In this document: piece by piece, positions 28,565 to 38,059 of the stretch | Position numbering within the stretch: position 1 is the stretch's first letter | Layout of the letters: each line of letters opens with the position of its first letter | Assembly (NCBI GenBank): GCA_039794845.1 | Contig: JAUQVK010000017.1 | Location: 1 to 40,107, forward strand | Direction of reading: 5' to 3' | Length of the DNA: 40,107 bases | Source: Thermostichus sp. DRC_bins_24 | GTDB lineage: Bacteria; Cyanobacteriota; Cyanobacteriia; Thermostichales; Thermostichaceae | Translations under genes and position numbers: made by a program | The notes under the pieces: generated by a model | Seen by the model: only the letters and a program-made list of their open reading frames with translations | The model's database searches: none | Told to the model about the DNA's origin: nothing

Positions 28565-31500
28565 ATGTATGTGTATTGTACGGCATCGGTCGAAGAGGCC
28601 GCGCGCGAATTGGATCTAACACAAAAATTGACGGACTTGGTGAGGCGGCTGGAGGCAGGGGATCCCATCCTGATCGAGCGACTGTTCGAACCGCGCCACC
28701 CTTTTTGGAAGCGTAGCCTCCGCAACAACATCCGCTTGCTGGGGGAGCGGCGCTGGCTGGGGCAGGTGCCCATTCTGGTTTTGTTTGGGCTGTGGCAGCG
28801 CGGTGGGCATGAATACAGAAAGTTTTTGGATAACCGGGAGACAAGTGCTTATCAGGACTGGGTGAGAGGGCTGGTGAGCGACGCCCAATTGTGGGCTTGG
28901 CTGGAGGAGCGGCAGTTGGAGGATAGGCCAGATGAGCCTTTGGAGTTGCCCACAGAACTCCTCGGTTGGACGCAATTTTTGCATGACCACGACTACCGAC
29001 AGCGGCTGGTTTTGGAGAGTGGGATGTGGGTGGAGCAGATGCAAGCGCTTGCTCAGGAGCAGCGACGCCAAGTGTATCGGGCCGTATCGGCCTGGGTGGA
29101 CGATGGGCAAGGGATCCGCTGCGGGCGGTTGGCGGAGTTTTATCCCGGGGCAGCGGTTAAATGTTGGCAGGAAGAAACGATGCATCTGGTGGTCAGTTGG
29201 GTGCAGGTCTGCGAGCACCAAGAGCTGTTTCCCTTCCTCATTGGGGTTTACGACCATATGCCCCAGCAAAGGGAAAGGTTTGAGTTGGGAAAACAAACGG
29301 GGTTGTTCGGGCAGGGAACATCTGAGTCAGCGATTCTCCAGTCTCCTCAACCTTTAGAAAGATGGAAGCAATATGCTCGCCGTGCCTACCCCGACTACAT
29401 GGTGGGAGATGAGGCCATTTGGCTGGAAATGCAGACAGAAAGGGAAGGCAACTTGGCCCTGTCGATGGAGGAGGAAGCCATCCTACAAGAGCAGGGGATG
29501 CCCTTGCTCATTAACGGGCGAGCCGGCAGTGGCAAATCTCTGATGTTGTACTACCGTTTTGCCGACTACTGCAGTTACTACCTCAAAACAGGCCGCTATG
29601 AGGCTCCGGAGTACCGGCCTCTTTTTTTAACCTACAGTTCGGGCTTGGTGCGACAAGCCCAGGCCAAAGTTAAGAAAATCCTGCGGGTTAGCCACCTGCA
29701 CCGTGCGGAGCGGCAGTTTTCCGAAGACGAGATTCGGGAGTGTGAAGTTTTTTTCAGCACTTTTCAGGAGTATCTGCTGAGCTGTCTGTCCCCGGAGCGG
29801 CAGGAACACTACCAACCGGACAAATACATCAACTTTTACCGATTTCGTCACCGCTATCCCCATCGCCGCGATGTGGAACTGGCCTGGCACACCATTCGTA
29901 CCTTGATCAAAGGCTACGAGGTCAGCGACTATCTGGATCCAGAAGGCTACGGGGAACTGCCCCAGGCCGATCGCAGCGTTGACGAGCAAATCTTTGAGCA
30001 GATCTATCGAACCATTTGGCCGGGTTATCACAGGCTAACAACCCACGAAGGCTACTGGGACGATCAGGATCTGGTCAGGGATGTCTTGGCAAATGGTACC
30101 CTCAAACCCATTCATCCCGTGATTTTCTGCGATGAGGTTCAAGATTTTACACGAGTTGAACTCAGTGTGATTTTGTGTTCATCTCCTTGGGGCCAATTCA
30201 GCCTCGACTGGAGGGTTCAATCGCTACCCTACGCCTTTGCCGGGGATCCCTTGCAGACCATTAACCCCACCGGGTTTCGTTGGAGTGTCCTTAAAAATCA
30301 TCTTCATGAGCATATTCGCGCTCACCGTTTGCCCAATCATCCCTTTCAGATGCCGGGTATCCAAGAACTGGGCAACAACTATCGTTGCAACCCCTGTATT
30401 ACCCGGTTTAGCAATCTGGTCAACTTATGGCGGCGGGTTCTTTTGAATGATGCGGAAATTGCACCTCAGCGGCCTTGGCGTCCGCACGAGCAGGGAATGC
30501 CGGTTCAGACGTTCATTCTGCAGGAAAACTTAACTCCGGCGGAGTTACGGGGGATGCTCAACAGCAGCACAGGGACGGTCTGCATTCTCCCTTGTTCTGT
30601 GGGGGAAGAACTGGACTATGTGCGGCGGGACCCGCAACTCCCAGCTGTTTTTGCTGAAGAACTCCGGCACAACCGCAAACCGGAGATCCTCCAGACGGTT
30701 ACAGCTATCAAGGGTATGGAGTTCAAAAAAATTCTTCTCTACAAGTTCGGAGAATATTATCAGCAAAACTTTAACCGTAGCCTTCAGCATTACGCCCAAG
30801 GGAATCTAGAGGAGATATCTCACAGGTTGCAGTATTTTCTCAACCAACTGTACGTGGGCATCACCCGTCCCATCGAAGCTTTGGCCATCGTGGATACGCA
30901 GACCGGTTGGCAGCAGTTCTGGGATCCGGCTGTGGAAACCCACTTTTGGTTGGATCAGTTGGGAGAAAGGCAACAGCAGTGGCAAGCGGATCCACCGTTG
31001 TTGAATTGCCCTGTTCGGGGGATGGGGATCCCGTACTGGACAAATGAAAATCTCCAGGAGGTGCTCCGCTCGGCTGTTGAATTTCTCAAGCAGGGTGCCG
31101 AGGAGGGGGATCTTCAATCCCTCAGGGATGCGCAGGCTTTTGCTGAGCGGGCGGGTAACCCGGAGTTGGCCCAGGAATGTGCAGCTTGGATGTCTCAGGT
31201 GGCGGGGCAGTACGTGGAGGCCGGGCAGCAGTTTTTGCGGTTGCAGGCTTTGGCTGTGCCCAATAGAACGCCCAAACGGGAAGCCTGGGAATGTTTCTGG
31301 AGAGGGAAGGCTTGGTCTGCTCTACAGCGGTATCGCAACGAGTTTGAGGGGATCCCCGACCTCCCTGACTATGGCCCCCTGGTTGATTTGATGACGCTGC
31401 TGGAGACAACTGCCAAATGCCCGGCCGCTACGCTCTTCCAGCCTGTAGTACGGGTACGAGATTGGCTGAGACCCGAAGTGAGCCCAAAGCAGTGGGATGC

Positions 31501-32653
31501 CACCTGGAAAGACGGCATCCAGGGATTTTTCAAGGCCCTAGAACAGGTGGTCAACGCTTTGGAAACGGTTTGTCCTCAGGAGGCGGAGCGGGGAGCGTTT
31601 CTGGAGGCAACCCGCGAAGCTTTGGATAATTCTCTAGCTTTCTTGGGGCAGAGACGGCCCTTTGCCGCTCAACACTCAATGATCTTGGGAATCTGTCATT
31701 TCCATCAGCAGCGGTTTGCCGAGGCGATAGCCATCTGGCAACAAGGAGACAACAAGGAGCATGCTCTCTATTACCGGGCCAAGGCCCAACTGGAGCCCCT
31801 TCCCGGCAAGGTGGAGTGGTTGAGCAAAGACCGCCAAGACCGGGAGGTGGTACGCCTTTGGCAGGAGTCTGGATTTCCCCTTCAGGGGGAGTGGCAGGAG
31901 TACGCCAAGGTGATCGTCACCAGTCTGGAGCGCTTGAAGCACTGGCCGTTGTTGCTGCGGGTTTTGATCCAACTGCACAATTGGGAGAAACTCTGGCAAA
32001 CCGCGCAGGCCCACCCTCAAGCATGGCAGCGGGGACACGACTACGAACTGGTGGCCACTTTGGCTCGGGATTCCACCATCGGGACAGACTGGGAAGCGCT
32101 GGAGCGGCAATCCCCCGGGCTGCGAGCTTTTGTGCGGGAGGTTCTTGCCACGTTAGAAGCAGAGCATGCTTGGCTATCCCAACGGCGGACGTTGGAGCTG
32201 GGGCTGGCCTACGAACGGCTCGGCCACTACCAAGACACCCTCAAGTTTTACAGCCACTTTACTGAAGCAAAAGAAATATCGGCTCGGGGACGCTCTAAGA
32301 TCCGACAGCGATGGCTGGCCACCCACAAAAGGTATCAGGATTTTCTCCAAAGCCAAGGACGGCCAACGGAGGGTTTGGCGGAGCAGCTCAAGGAAAGGCA
32401 AGAACGCTGGGGTGAGCAAATCCCCCAGGCAGAACCGGAGCTTCCCTCATGGGATCCCTGGCAATTCCCCCTGGTGGAGCTTCCCAGTCCTGTGCAAGGG
32501 TGGATCCTACAGCAAGGCCGAACGGACGGTGACAATCCCTCCCGCCCCGGCAAGCAGCAGCGCCTCAAAGCCGAGATTCTCCAGGCACTGGATCGGCTGA
32601 GTGAGGAGCAGTTGCAGCAAATTTGTACCCAGGTTCAACGGTTCATCCACTGA
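28565..32653 (+). CDS. Large SF1 (UvrD/Rep-like, TRANK1-like) helicase/ATPase with RelE-like N-terminus and helical-repeat C-terminus
   Basis: Walker A GRAGSGKS (aa 318), FLTYS, Walker B DEVQD (aa 523), AGDPLQTI, NNYRC, KGMEF and LYVGITR (aa 762). Confidence 0.85.
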   Translation: MYVYCTASVEEAARELDLTQKLTDLVRRLEAGDPILIERLFEPRHPFWKRSLRNNIRLLGERRWLGQVPILVLFGLWQRGGHEYRKFLDNRETSAYQDWVRGLVSDAQLWAWLEERQLEDRPDEPLELPTELLGWTQFLHDHDYRQRLVLESGMWVEQMQALAQEQRRQVYRAVSAWVDDGQGIRCGRLAEFYPGAAVKCWQEETMHLVVSWVQVCEHQELFPFLIGVYDHMPQQRERFELGKQTGLFGQGTSESAILQSPQPLERWKQYARRAYPDYMVGDEAIWLEMQTEREGNLALSMEEEAILQEQGMPLLINGRAGSGKSLMLYYRFADYCSYYLKTGRYEAPEYRPLFLTYSSGLVRQAQAKVKKILRVSHLHRAERQFSEDEIRECEVFFSTFQEYLLSCLSPERQEHYQPDKYINFYRFRHRYPHRRDVELAWHTIRTLIKGYEVSDYLDPEGYGELPQADRSVDEQIFEQIYRTIWPGYHRLTTHEGYWDDQDLVRDVLANGTLKPIHPVIFCDEVQDFTRVELSVILCSSPWGQFSLDWRVQSLPYAFAGDPLQTINPTGFRWSVLKNHLHEHIRAHRLPNHPFQMPGIQELGNNYRCNPCITRFSNLVNLWRRVLLNDAEIAPQRPWRPHEQGMPVQTFILQENLTPAELRGMLNSSTGTVCILPCSVGEELDYVRRDPQLPAVFAEELRHNRKPEILQTVTAIKGMEFKKILLYKFGEYYQQNFNRSLQHYAQGNLEEISHRLQYFLNQLYVGITRPIEALAIVDTQTGWQQFWDPAVETHFWLDQLGERQQQWQADPPLLNCPVRGMGIPYWTNENLQEVLRSAVEFLKQGAEEGDLQSLRDAQAFAERAGNPELAQECAAWMSQVAGQYVEAGQQFLRLQALAVPNRTPKREAWECFWRGKAWSALQRYRNEFEGIPDLPDYGPLVDLMTLLETTAKCPAATLFQPVVRVRDWLRPEVSPKQWDATWKDGIQGFFKALEQVVNALETVCPQEAERGAFLEATREALDNSLAFLGQRRPFAAQHSMILGICHFHQQRFAEAIAIWQQGDNKEHALYYRAKAQLEPLPGKVEWLSKDRQDREVVRLWQESGFPLQGEWQEYAKVIVTSLERLKHWPLLLRVLIQLHNWEKLWQTAQAHPQAWQRGHDYELVATLARDSTIGTDWEALERQSPGLRAFVREVLATLEAEHAWLSQRRTLELGLAYERLGHYQDTLKFYSHFTEAKEISARGRSKIRQRWLATHKRYQDFLQSQGRPTEGLAEQLKERQERWGEQIPQAEPELPSWDPWQFPLVELPSPVQGWILQQGRTDGDNPSRPGKQQRLKAEILQALDRLSEEQLQQICTQVQRFIH

Positions 32654-32706
32654 GTCAGCAAGTTGGGAAAAGCTTGGCCTCTCAAGGGCGCCCTGTTGCT
32701 CAAAAC

Positions 32707-33792
32707 CTACCACCACCAGGGCTTGAGGGGGGTACCATCGGGAAAGATCAAGCCCGCAATCCAGGCGCCACTGTGTTTGAACCCCTCGATCAGGGATCCC
32801 TCGAGGTTAGCCTGTTCGAGATGGGCCCCACTGAGATCGGCTCGGCGCAGGTTGGCCCCCTGAAACTGAGCTTGGCGTAGCTCGGCGCGCCTGAGATCCG
32901 CCCCTTCCAAATCGGCGTTTTGCAGCTGGGCTCCCCGCAGATCCGCCCGTTGCAAATTGGCCCCCCGCAAATCCGCCCCCTGCAACTGGGATCCCCGCAG
33001 GTCGGCACCCCTGAGGTCGCAATCTTTCAAGTTAATGCCGCTCAGGGATAGCTGCCGCAGATCGGCTTTGCTCAAGTCTTGGCCGGAGAGGTCTTGCCCT
33101 TCGCCCCCCTGGTTTTGCAATCGCCAAATGTGGCGCACCCGCTCTTCGAGGAGGGTATCTGGTGAAAGCTGGGATCCCCGCAAACTGGTGCCACTCACCT
33201 TTACCCCCCGCAAATCCGCTCCCCGCAGATCGGCCGCTTGGAGATCGGCTCCACTCAGCTTGGCCTGTTGCAGATCCGCCTGGCGCAGATCGGTTTGGTG
33301 CAGCTGGGCGCCATTGAAGTTGCAAAAGCGCAGATTGGCCCCCCGCAAATTGGCCTCCAGCAGGTTCACCCCTCCTAGTCGAGCCTCCGAGAGCTGGGAT
33401 CCCTCCAAGTCTGCGTAGGAAAAATCCCGTTCCCCACGCCGATAGGCCACGATCACCCCCTGCGCTCCCCCCACCGGGCGAAACGGGCTGTAGGTGCGAC
33501 AGGCAGCCTCTGCTTGCGGTTGACCCAACTGAGACAATAACCGCCAAGCCCCCAAGCGCACCGCCCAAGAGCTGTTCCCCGCCAAAGCCTCGATCAGAGT
33601 GCTCAAACCTGCCGACCCGTAGTTGAGCAGTTGCGGCAACGTGGCCAACCGCACGGATTCTTCTGCGTGGGTGAGCCGCCGCTGGGCTGCCTCCAAGCCC
33701 CCCAACACCAGGGCATGGCTGGGAGCACCCCCGGCTGCCCGTTGCCCCCCCAACACCAGATCCCAAGATTTTGGCTGGGGATGACCTGTCAT
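32707..33792 (-). CDS. Pentapeptide repeat protein with N-terminal HEAT-like helices
   Basis: Two long A(D/N)LxG arrays; N-terminal VRLATLPQLL / VRLGAWRLL helices. Confidence 0.92.
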   Translation of the reverse strand: MTGHPQPKSWDLVLGGQRAAGGAPSHALVLGGLEAAQRRLTHAEESVRLATLPQLLNYGSAGLSTLIEALAGNSSWAVRLGAWRLLSQLGQPQAEAACRTYSPFRPVGGAQGVIVAYRRGERDFSYADLEGSQLSEARLGGVNLLEANLRGANLRFCNFNGAQLHQTDLRQADLQQAKLSGADLQAADLRGADLRGVKVSGTSLRGSQLSPDTLLEERVRHIWRLQNQGGEGQDLSGQDLSKADLRQLSLSGINLKDCDLRGADLRGSQLQGADLRGANLQRADLRGAQLQNADLEGADLRRAELRQAQFQGANLRRADLSGAHLEQANLEGSLIEGFKHSGAWIAGLIFPDGTPLKPWWW

Positions 33793-33822
33793 GAGCGGAT
33801 CCCGAGGTGTTCTGGCCGTGAT

Positions 33823-34197
33823 CTATACCCAACGCCCCACCACCACACGGATGGTGCCATCTTCTAGCTGTTCTTCTGCTTCGATGGCAAAGCCCTGTTG
33901 TCGAGCCGAGCGCAGCAGCTGTTTGTGGGCATAGCGCTGCAAAATCGGCTGCAAAAAAGCCTGCTGATCGATGCCGGCCCCCCACAGATCCGCCACCAGT
34001 TCGTAGTGCTCGCCATTGCGCCGAAACCCAATATCGAAGCCATTTTTCTGGCGAATGACAAAATCGGCACGGGTGCGATTCCACAGATAGCCCCGCAGGC
34101 TGGCCTCCCGCTCAACGGTGTAGCCCAATTCTCGGAGGGTCTCTTCCAGAAGATCTGCCTCCTTAATTTGCACTTGCAGGGTGGTGAAGTGGGACAT
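33823..34197 (-). CDS. ycf35: Ycf35/DUF1257 family protein
   Basis: MSHFTT, DIGFRRNG..YELVADLW, QRYA and DGTIRVVVGRW motifs. Confidence 0.88.
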   Translation of the reverse strand: MSHFTTLQVQIKEADLLEETLRELGYTVEREASLRGYLWNRTRADFVIRQKNGFDIGFRRNGEHYELVADLWGAGIDQQAFLQPILQRYAHKQLLRSARQQGFAIEAEEQLEDGTIRVVVGRWV

Positions 34198-34298
34198 TGC
34201 AGGGCCGATCAACACACAAGAATGGGATCCTCACTATAAAAGCGGTCTTTCAGCAAAGCCAAAAAATTTTATGGAGCGTCACAATCCCTGCCAATCCC

Positions 34299-35468
34299 TC
34301 ATCCTTCCCGCAGCGAGCTTTCCGGCTGGGGATTTGTGAGAGGCTCCTCTGGGGGTTGGATCCCGTTCGGCTCTAACCCCTCGCCGCTGCTATCGAGCAT
34401 GAGCAAGGCCCGCGTTCGGGATCCGCTGGCTCCTGGCGGCCCCTGCCAAGCATCCAACACATCCCGAATCAGCACCTCCTGAATCCATACCTGCACAATC
34501 GCCGCCAAAGGCACCGCCAAAAACAGGCCCAACACCCCGAAGAAAAAGGCGGAGGTAATTTGCGCCACCAAGGTTAGGGCGGGTAGGAGGGACACCTGCC
34601 GTGACATGACAATCGGCGTAAAAACACTGCTCTCCAGCTGCTGGATCAGGATATACAGCCCCAGCACCGCCAAGGATTTCCAAGGGGCATCCGTCAGGGC
34701 CACCAGCATCGGGGCGACCACACTCAGGGTGGGGCCGATATTGGGGATAAAGTTAAACACCCCCGCCAGCACCGCGTTGGCCAGGATTAACGGCACCCCC
34801 AAGATCCACAGCCCGATCCCACTCAGCAGCATCACCAAGGTGCTGGTGAGCATGATCCCCAGCAGCCAACCCCGCAGGGCCAACTCACAGCGCTTGAGGA
34901 TGTAGCGAATGCGGGGCCGATAAAAGGCCGGGAAAACTGAGACAAAAGCGCGATTGTACGCTTGGGGATCCACCAGCAACAAAATGGTAAGGATGATGAC
35001 AAACAACAAATTGAGCAGGGTGGCGAAAAAAGCGGTAAAAGACTGAGAGAAAAAGTCTCGTGCCTGCCGCACCAATTCGGTTGCCTGGGGCACCAAGCTA
35101 TTGGCCAGTTCCCGCAATGTCGGCAGCTCAATATCCGTCGGCAAGGAAAGAATGAAGCTCTCGATCAACCGTTGTGCCTGGAAGATCCCATCCGGCACCA
35201 CATCGGTAAACAGCCGCCCCAACTGATCCGCCAAGGGGGGCACGACGATCAACCCAACCAAAATCGTCCCCACCAAGACCGTGAGGCCGGTGATGGCAAT
35301 CGAGGGGCCCCGCCGAAAGCCATAGCGCTGGGGGATCTGCGCCAGGGTATCCAGCGCCACCGCCAGCACGATCGCCCCAAACACCAATAAGACAATCTGC
35401 CGGATCTGCCAGAGCAGAATCAGCAAACCCAGCAATGCCCCCAACCCCAACCACTGGGCGAATGTCAC
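34299..35468 (-). CDS. AI-2E family transporter
   Basis: FNFIPNIGP, IQQLES..TP and GVLGLFLAVPL motifs. Confidence 0.92.
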   Translation of the reverse strand: MTFAQWLGLGALLGLLILLWQIRQIVLLVFGAIVLAVALDTLAQIPQRYGFRRGPSIAITGLTVLVGTILVGLIVVPPLADQLGRLFTDVVPDGIFQAQRLIESFILSLPTDIELPTLRELANSLVPQATELVRQARDFFSQSFTAFFATLLNLLFVIILTILLLVDPQAYNRAFVSVFPAFYRPRIRYILKRCELALRGWLLGIMLTSTLVMLLSGIGLWILGVPLILANAVLAGVFNFIPNIGPTLSVVAPMLVALTDAPWKSLAVLGLYILIQQLESSVFTPIVMSRQVSLLPALTLVAQITSAFFFGVLGLFLAVPLAAIVQVWIQEVLIRDVLDAWQGPPGASGSRTRALLMLDSSGEGLEPNGIQPPEEPLTNPQPESSLREG

Positions 35469-35574
35469 AGCTCAACCCAACGCCTCTGTTCGCCCTATCG
35501 TCGCATATTCCCGATGGGGATCCAGAGGAAAGTCGTCGGTATTCTGGTAAGCATGTGGTTGATGGCCCACTCGA

Positions 35575-36816
35575 ATGCGCGATCCTGCCCCCTTAGAAGC
35601 GGCCTTGGCCTTGGCCGATCTCACCGATGAAGCGCCGTTGCTCTCCGTAGGGGGGGTGTCGGGCTATTTGCAATCGTTGCTGGGCGGGGATCCCTACTTG
35701 GTCAGGCTCTGGGTGACGGGGGAAGTCTCCAGTTGCAATCGCAGCCGCAATGGGCACCTGTTTCTCACCCTGACGGATCCGGAAACCGGGGATGCCCTCA
35801 ACGGGGTGATCTGGCAAAGCCAAACCCTGAAGCTCAGCTTTTGGCCCGAGGTGGGTCAACAGGTCATCGCCCTCGGGCAAATCGGCATTTACAGCCGCAG
35901 CAGCCACTATCGCCTCGTCATTTGGCAACTGCTGCCCGCCGGAGCGGGGTTATTGGCGCTGCGATTTCAACAGCTAAAAGCCCGCCTCAGGGCCGAAGGG
36001 TTGTTTGACAATCAGCGTCCCTTGCCCCCTCACCCCCAGTGGGTTGGGGTGGTCAGCTCTCCCCACGCAGCAGGCTGGGGAGATATTCAACGCACCCTCA
36101 ACCAGCGCTATCCGGGCCTAAGGGTGCTTTTTTCCCCGGCCCAAGTTCAGGGAGATGCGGCTCCTGAGTCGATTGTGCGGGCGATTGAGCGGGTGGAACG
36201 GGATGGGCGGGCGGAGGTGCTCTTGGTGGCACGGGGTGGGGGGGCCAGTGAAGATTTGGCCTGCTTTAACGATGAACGGGTGGTGCGAGCCATTGCCGAG
36301 TGTCGGATCCCGGTGATCACGGGTATTGGCCACCAGCGGGATGAAACCCTGGCGGACTACGCTGCCGACTATGCCGCCCATACCCCAACGGCTGCTGCCG
36401 AGCGGATCGTGCCGGATCTGGGGGAGTTGCAACGACAGGGATCCCAGTTGCGCCAAACCCTGATCGAGGGCATGCGCCAAGCCCTCCAAAGGGCCAACCA
36501 GCACCTGCAGCAAACCCAACACCATCTGGCCCAAGTTCACCCCGAACGCTTGCTGCAACGAGCAGAAGATCATCTGATGCGGCAACGCCAACGCCTCATT
36601 CAAACCCTACGCTATCGCCTCCAGCAGCAACAGCAGCACCAACAGGCCCTGCGGGATCACCTGCAAGCCCTTGATCCTGAAGCTATTTTGAAACGGGGAT
36701 ATGCCCTGGTGCGAGATGAACAGGGATCCCTGGTGCGCACCCATCAGCTGCCTCCCCGAACCCGCTTGGTGATACAACTGGCCTCGGGAAGCCTGCGGGT
36801 ACAGGTGGAGGAATAA
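35575..36816 (+). CDS. xseA: Exodeoxyribonuclease VII large subunit
   Basis: WVTGEVS, ARGGGASEDLACFNDE, GIGHQRD, TPTAAAE and LKRGYA motifs. Confidence 0.96.
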   Translation: MRDPAPLEAALALADLTDEAPLLSVGGVSGYLQSLLGGDPYLVRLWVTGEVSSCNRSRNGHLFLTLTDPETGDALNGVIWQSQTLKLSFWPEVGQQVIALGQIGIYSRSSHYRLVIWQLLPAGAGLLALRFQQLKARLRAEGLFDNQRPLPPHPQWVGVVSSPHAAGWGDIQRTLNQRYPGLRVLFSPAQVQGDAAPESIVRAIERVERDGRAEVLLVARGGGASEDLACFNDERVVRAIAECRIPVITGIGHQRDETLADYAADYAAHTPTAAAERIVPDLGELQRQGSQLRQTLIEGMRQALQRANQHLQQTQHHLAQVHPERLLQRAEDHLMRQRQRLIQTLRYRLQQQQQHQQALRDHLQALDPEAILKRGYALVRDEQGSLVRTHQLPPRTRLVIQLASGSLRVQVEE

Positions 36817-36819
36817 AGA

Positions 36820-37053
36820 ATGAAACGGCGCAAAAGTGAGGATCCCTGGCGCTACGAAGAGGCGATCGCAGAAGTGGAAACCTTGATCGACCAGATCGAA
36901 TCGGGAGAACTGGATCTGGCGGAGGTGGTGGAGCGCTTTCAGCAAGCCGCCCAAACCCTGAAAACCTGCGAAGCCTTTCTCCAGCAAAAACGGCAACAGG
37001 TGGAGATCATCATCGAGCAACTGGGTCAAGAAGAGGATCCGGAACCGTTCTAG
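36820..37053 (+). CDS. xseB: Exodeoxyribonuclease VII small subunit
   Basis: [22 protein letters not shown]; directly follows xseA. Confidence 0.93.
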   Translation: MKRRKSEDPWRYEEAIAEVETLIDQIESGELDLAEVVERFQQAAQTLKTCEAFLQQKRQQVEIIIEQLGQEEDPEPF

Positions 37054-37118
37054 GGATCCCGTTCTTCACCCCTGTCGCAATTCTGCTTCACTGGTGGTGT
37101 CCGTCTCCCCGTGCCCAC

Positions 37119-37988
37119 ATGTCCGCAAAGCTCCTCGATGGCAAAGTTCTGTCCGCCCGCCTACAAGCTGAGATGGCCGCCCAGGTGCAAGCCTGGATCC
37201 CTCAGGTTGGTCGTCCACCGGGGTTGGCGGTGTTGCGGGTTGGGGAGGATCCCGCCAGTGCTGCCTATGTGCGGGGGAAAGAGCGGGCCTGTGAACGGGT
37301 CGGCATGGCTTCTTTTGGCCGGCATTTCTCCGCAGCGGATCCCCACACTCACCTGATCGACACCATCCTTCAGCTCAACCAGGACAAGCGCGTCGATGGC
37401 ATTTTGGTGCAATTGCCTCTGCCCCCAGGCTGGGATCCTATTCCACCCCTCTTGGCCATTGACCCCGATAAAGACGTGGATGGGTTACACCCGATCAACC
37501 TGGGTCGGCTCTTGCGTGGAGAGCCCGGCCTGCAAAGTTGTACCCCCTTGGGTGTGATGCGCCTGTTGCAAGCCGAAGGGATCCCGATTGCCGGCCAGAA
37601 AGCCGTGGTGGTGGGGCGCAGCATCTTAGTGGGCAAACCCTTGAGCTTAATGTTGTTGGCGGCCGATGCCACGGTGACCCTGGCCCATTCCCGCACCCCA
37701 GATTTGGCTGAGGTTACCCGTACAGCCGACATTGTGGTGATGGCGGTGGGCAAACCCCATCTGTTACGGGCCGACATGGTGAAGCCGGGGGCCGTGGTGA
37801 TCGATGTGGGCATCAACCGTATCCAAACCCCCGCAGGATTGATCCAGTTGGTGGGAGATGTGGATTACGAAGCCGTGAAGGAAGTGGCATCCGCCATTAC
37901 CCCGGTACCCGGAGGAGTAGGACCGATGACAGTAACGATGCTGTTGCAGAACACTCTGGAGAGCTACAAACTTTGCAACCATCTGTAG
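37119..37988 (+). CDS. folD: Methylenetetrahydrofolate dehydrogenase/cyclohydrolase
   Basis: [33 protein letters not shown] and [11 protein letters not shown] motifs. Confidence 0.97.
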   Translation: MSAKLLDGKVLSARLQAEMAAQVQAWIPQVGRPPGLAVLRVGEDPASAAYVRGKERACERVGMASFGRHFSAADPHTHLIDTILQLNQDKRVDGILVQLPLPPGWDPIPPLLAIDPDKDVDGLHPINLGRLLRGEPGLQSCTPLGVMRLLQAEGIPIAGQKAVVVGRSILVGKPLSLMLLAADATVTLAHSRTPDLAEVTRTADIVVMAVGKPHLLRADMVKPGAVVIDVGINRIQTPAGLIQLVGDVDYEAVKEVASAITPVPGGVGPMTVTMLLQNTLESYKLCNHL

Positions 37989-38059
37989 GGCGCGTCACTG
38001 CCCCAAGAACACACTGGTGGGAACACGGAGCAGGTTTCACGAACGGGCGAGGCGCATCG

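Noticed and set aside
32707..33430. 15-bp periodic DNA repeats
   Set aside because: Fully explained by pentapeptide-repeat coding
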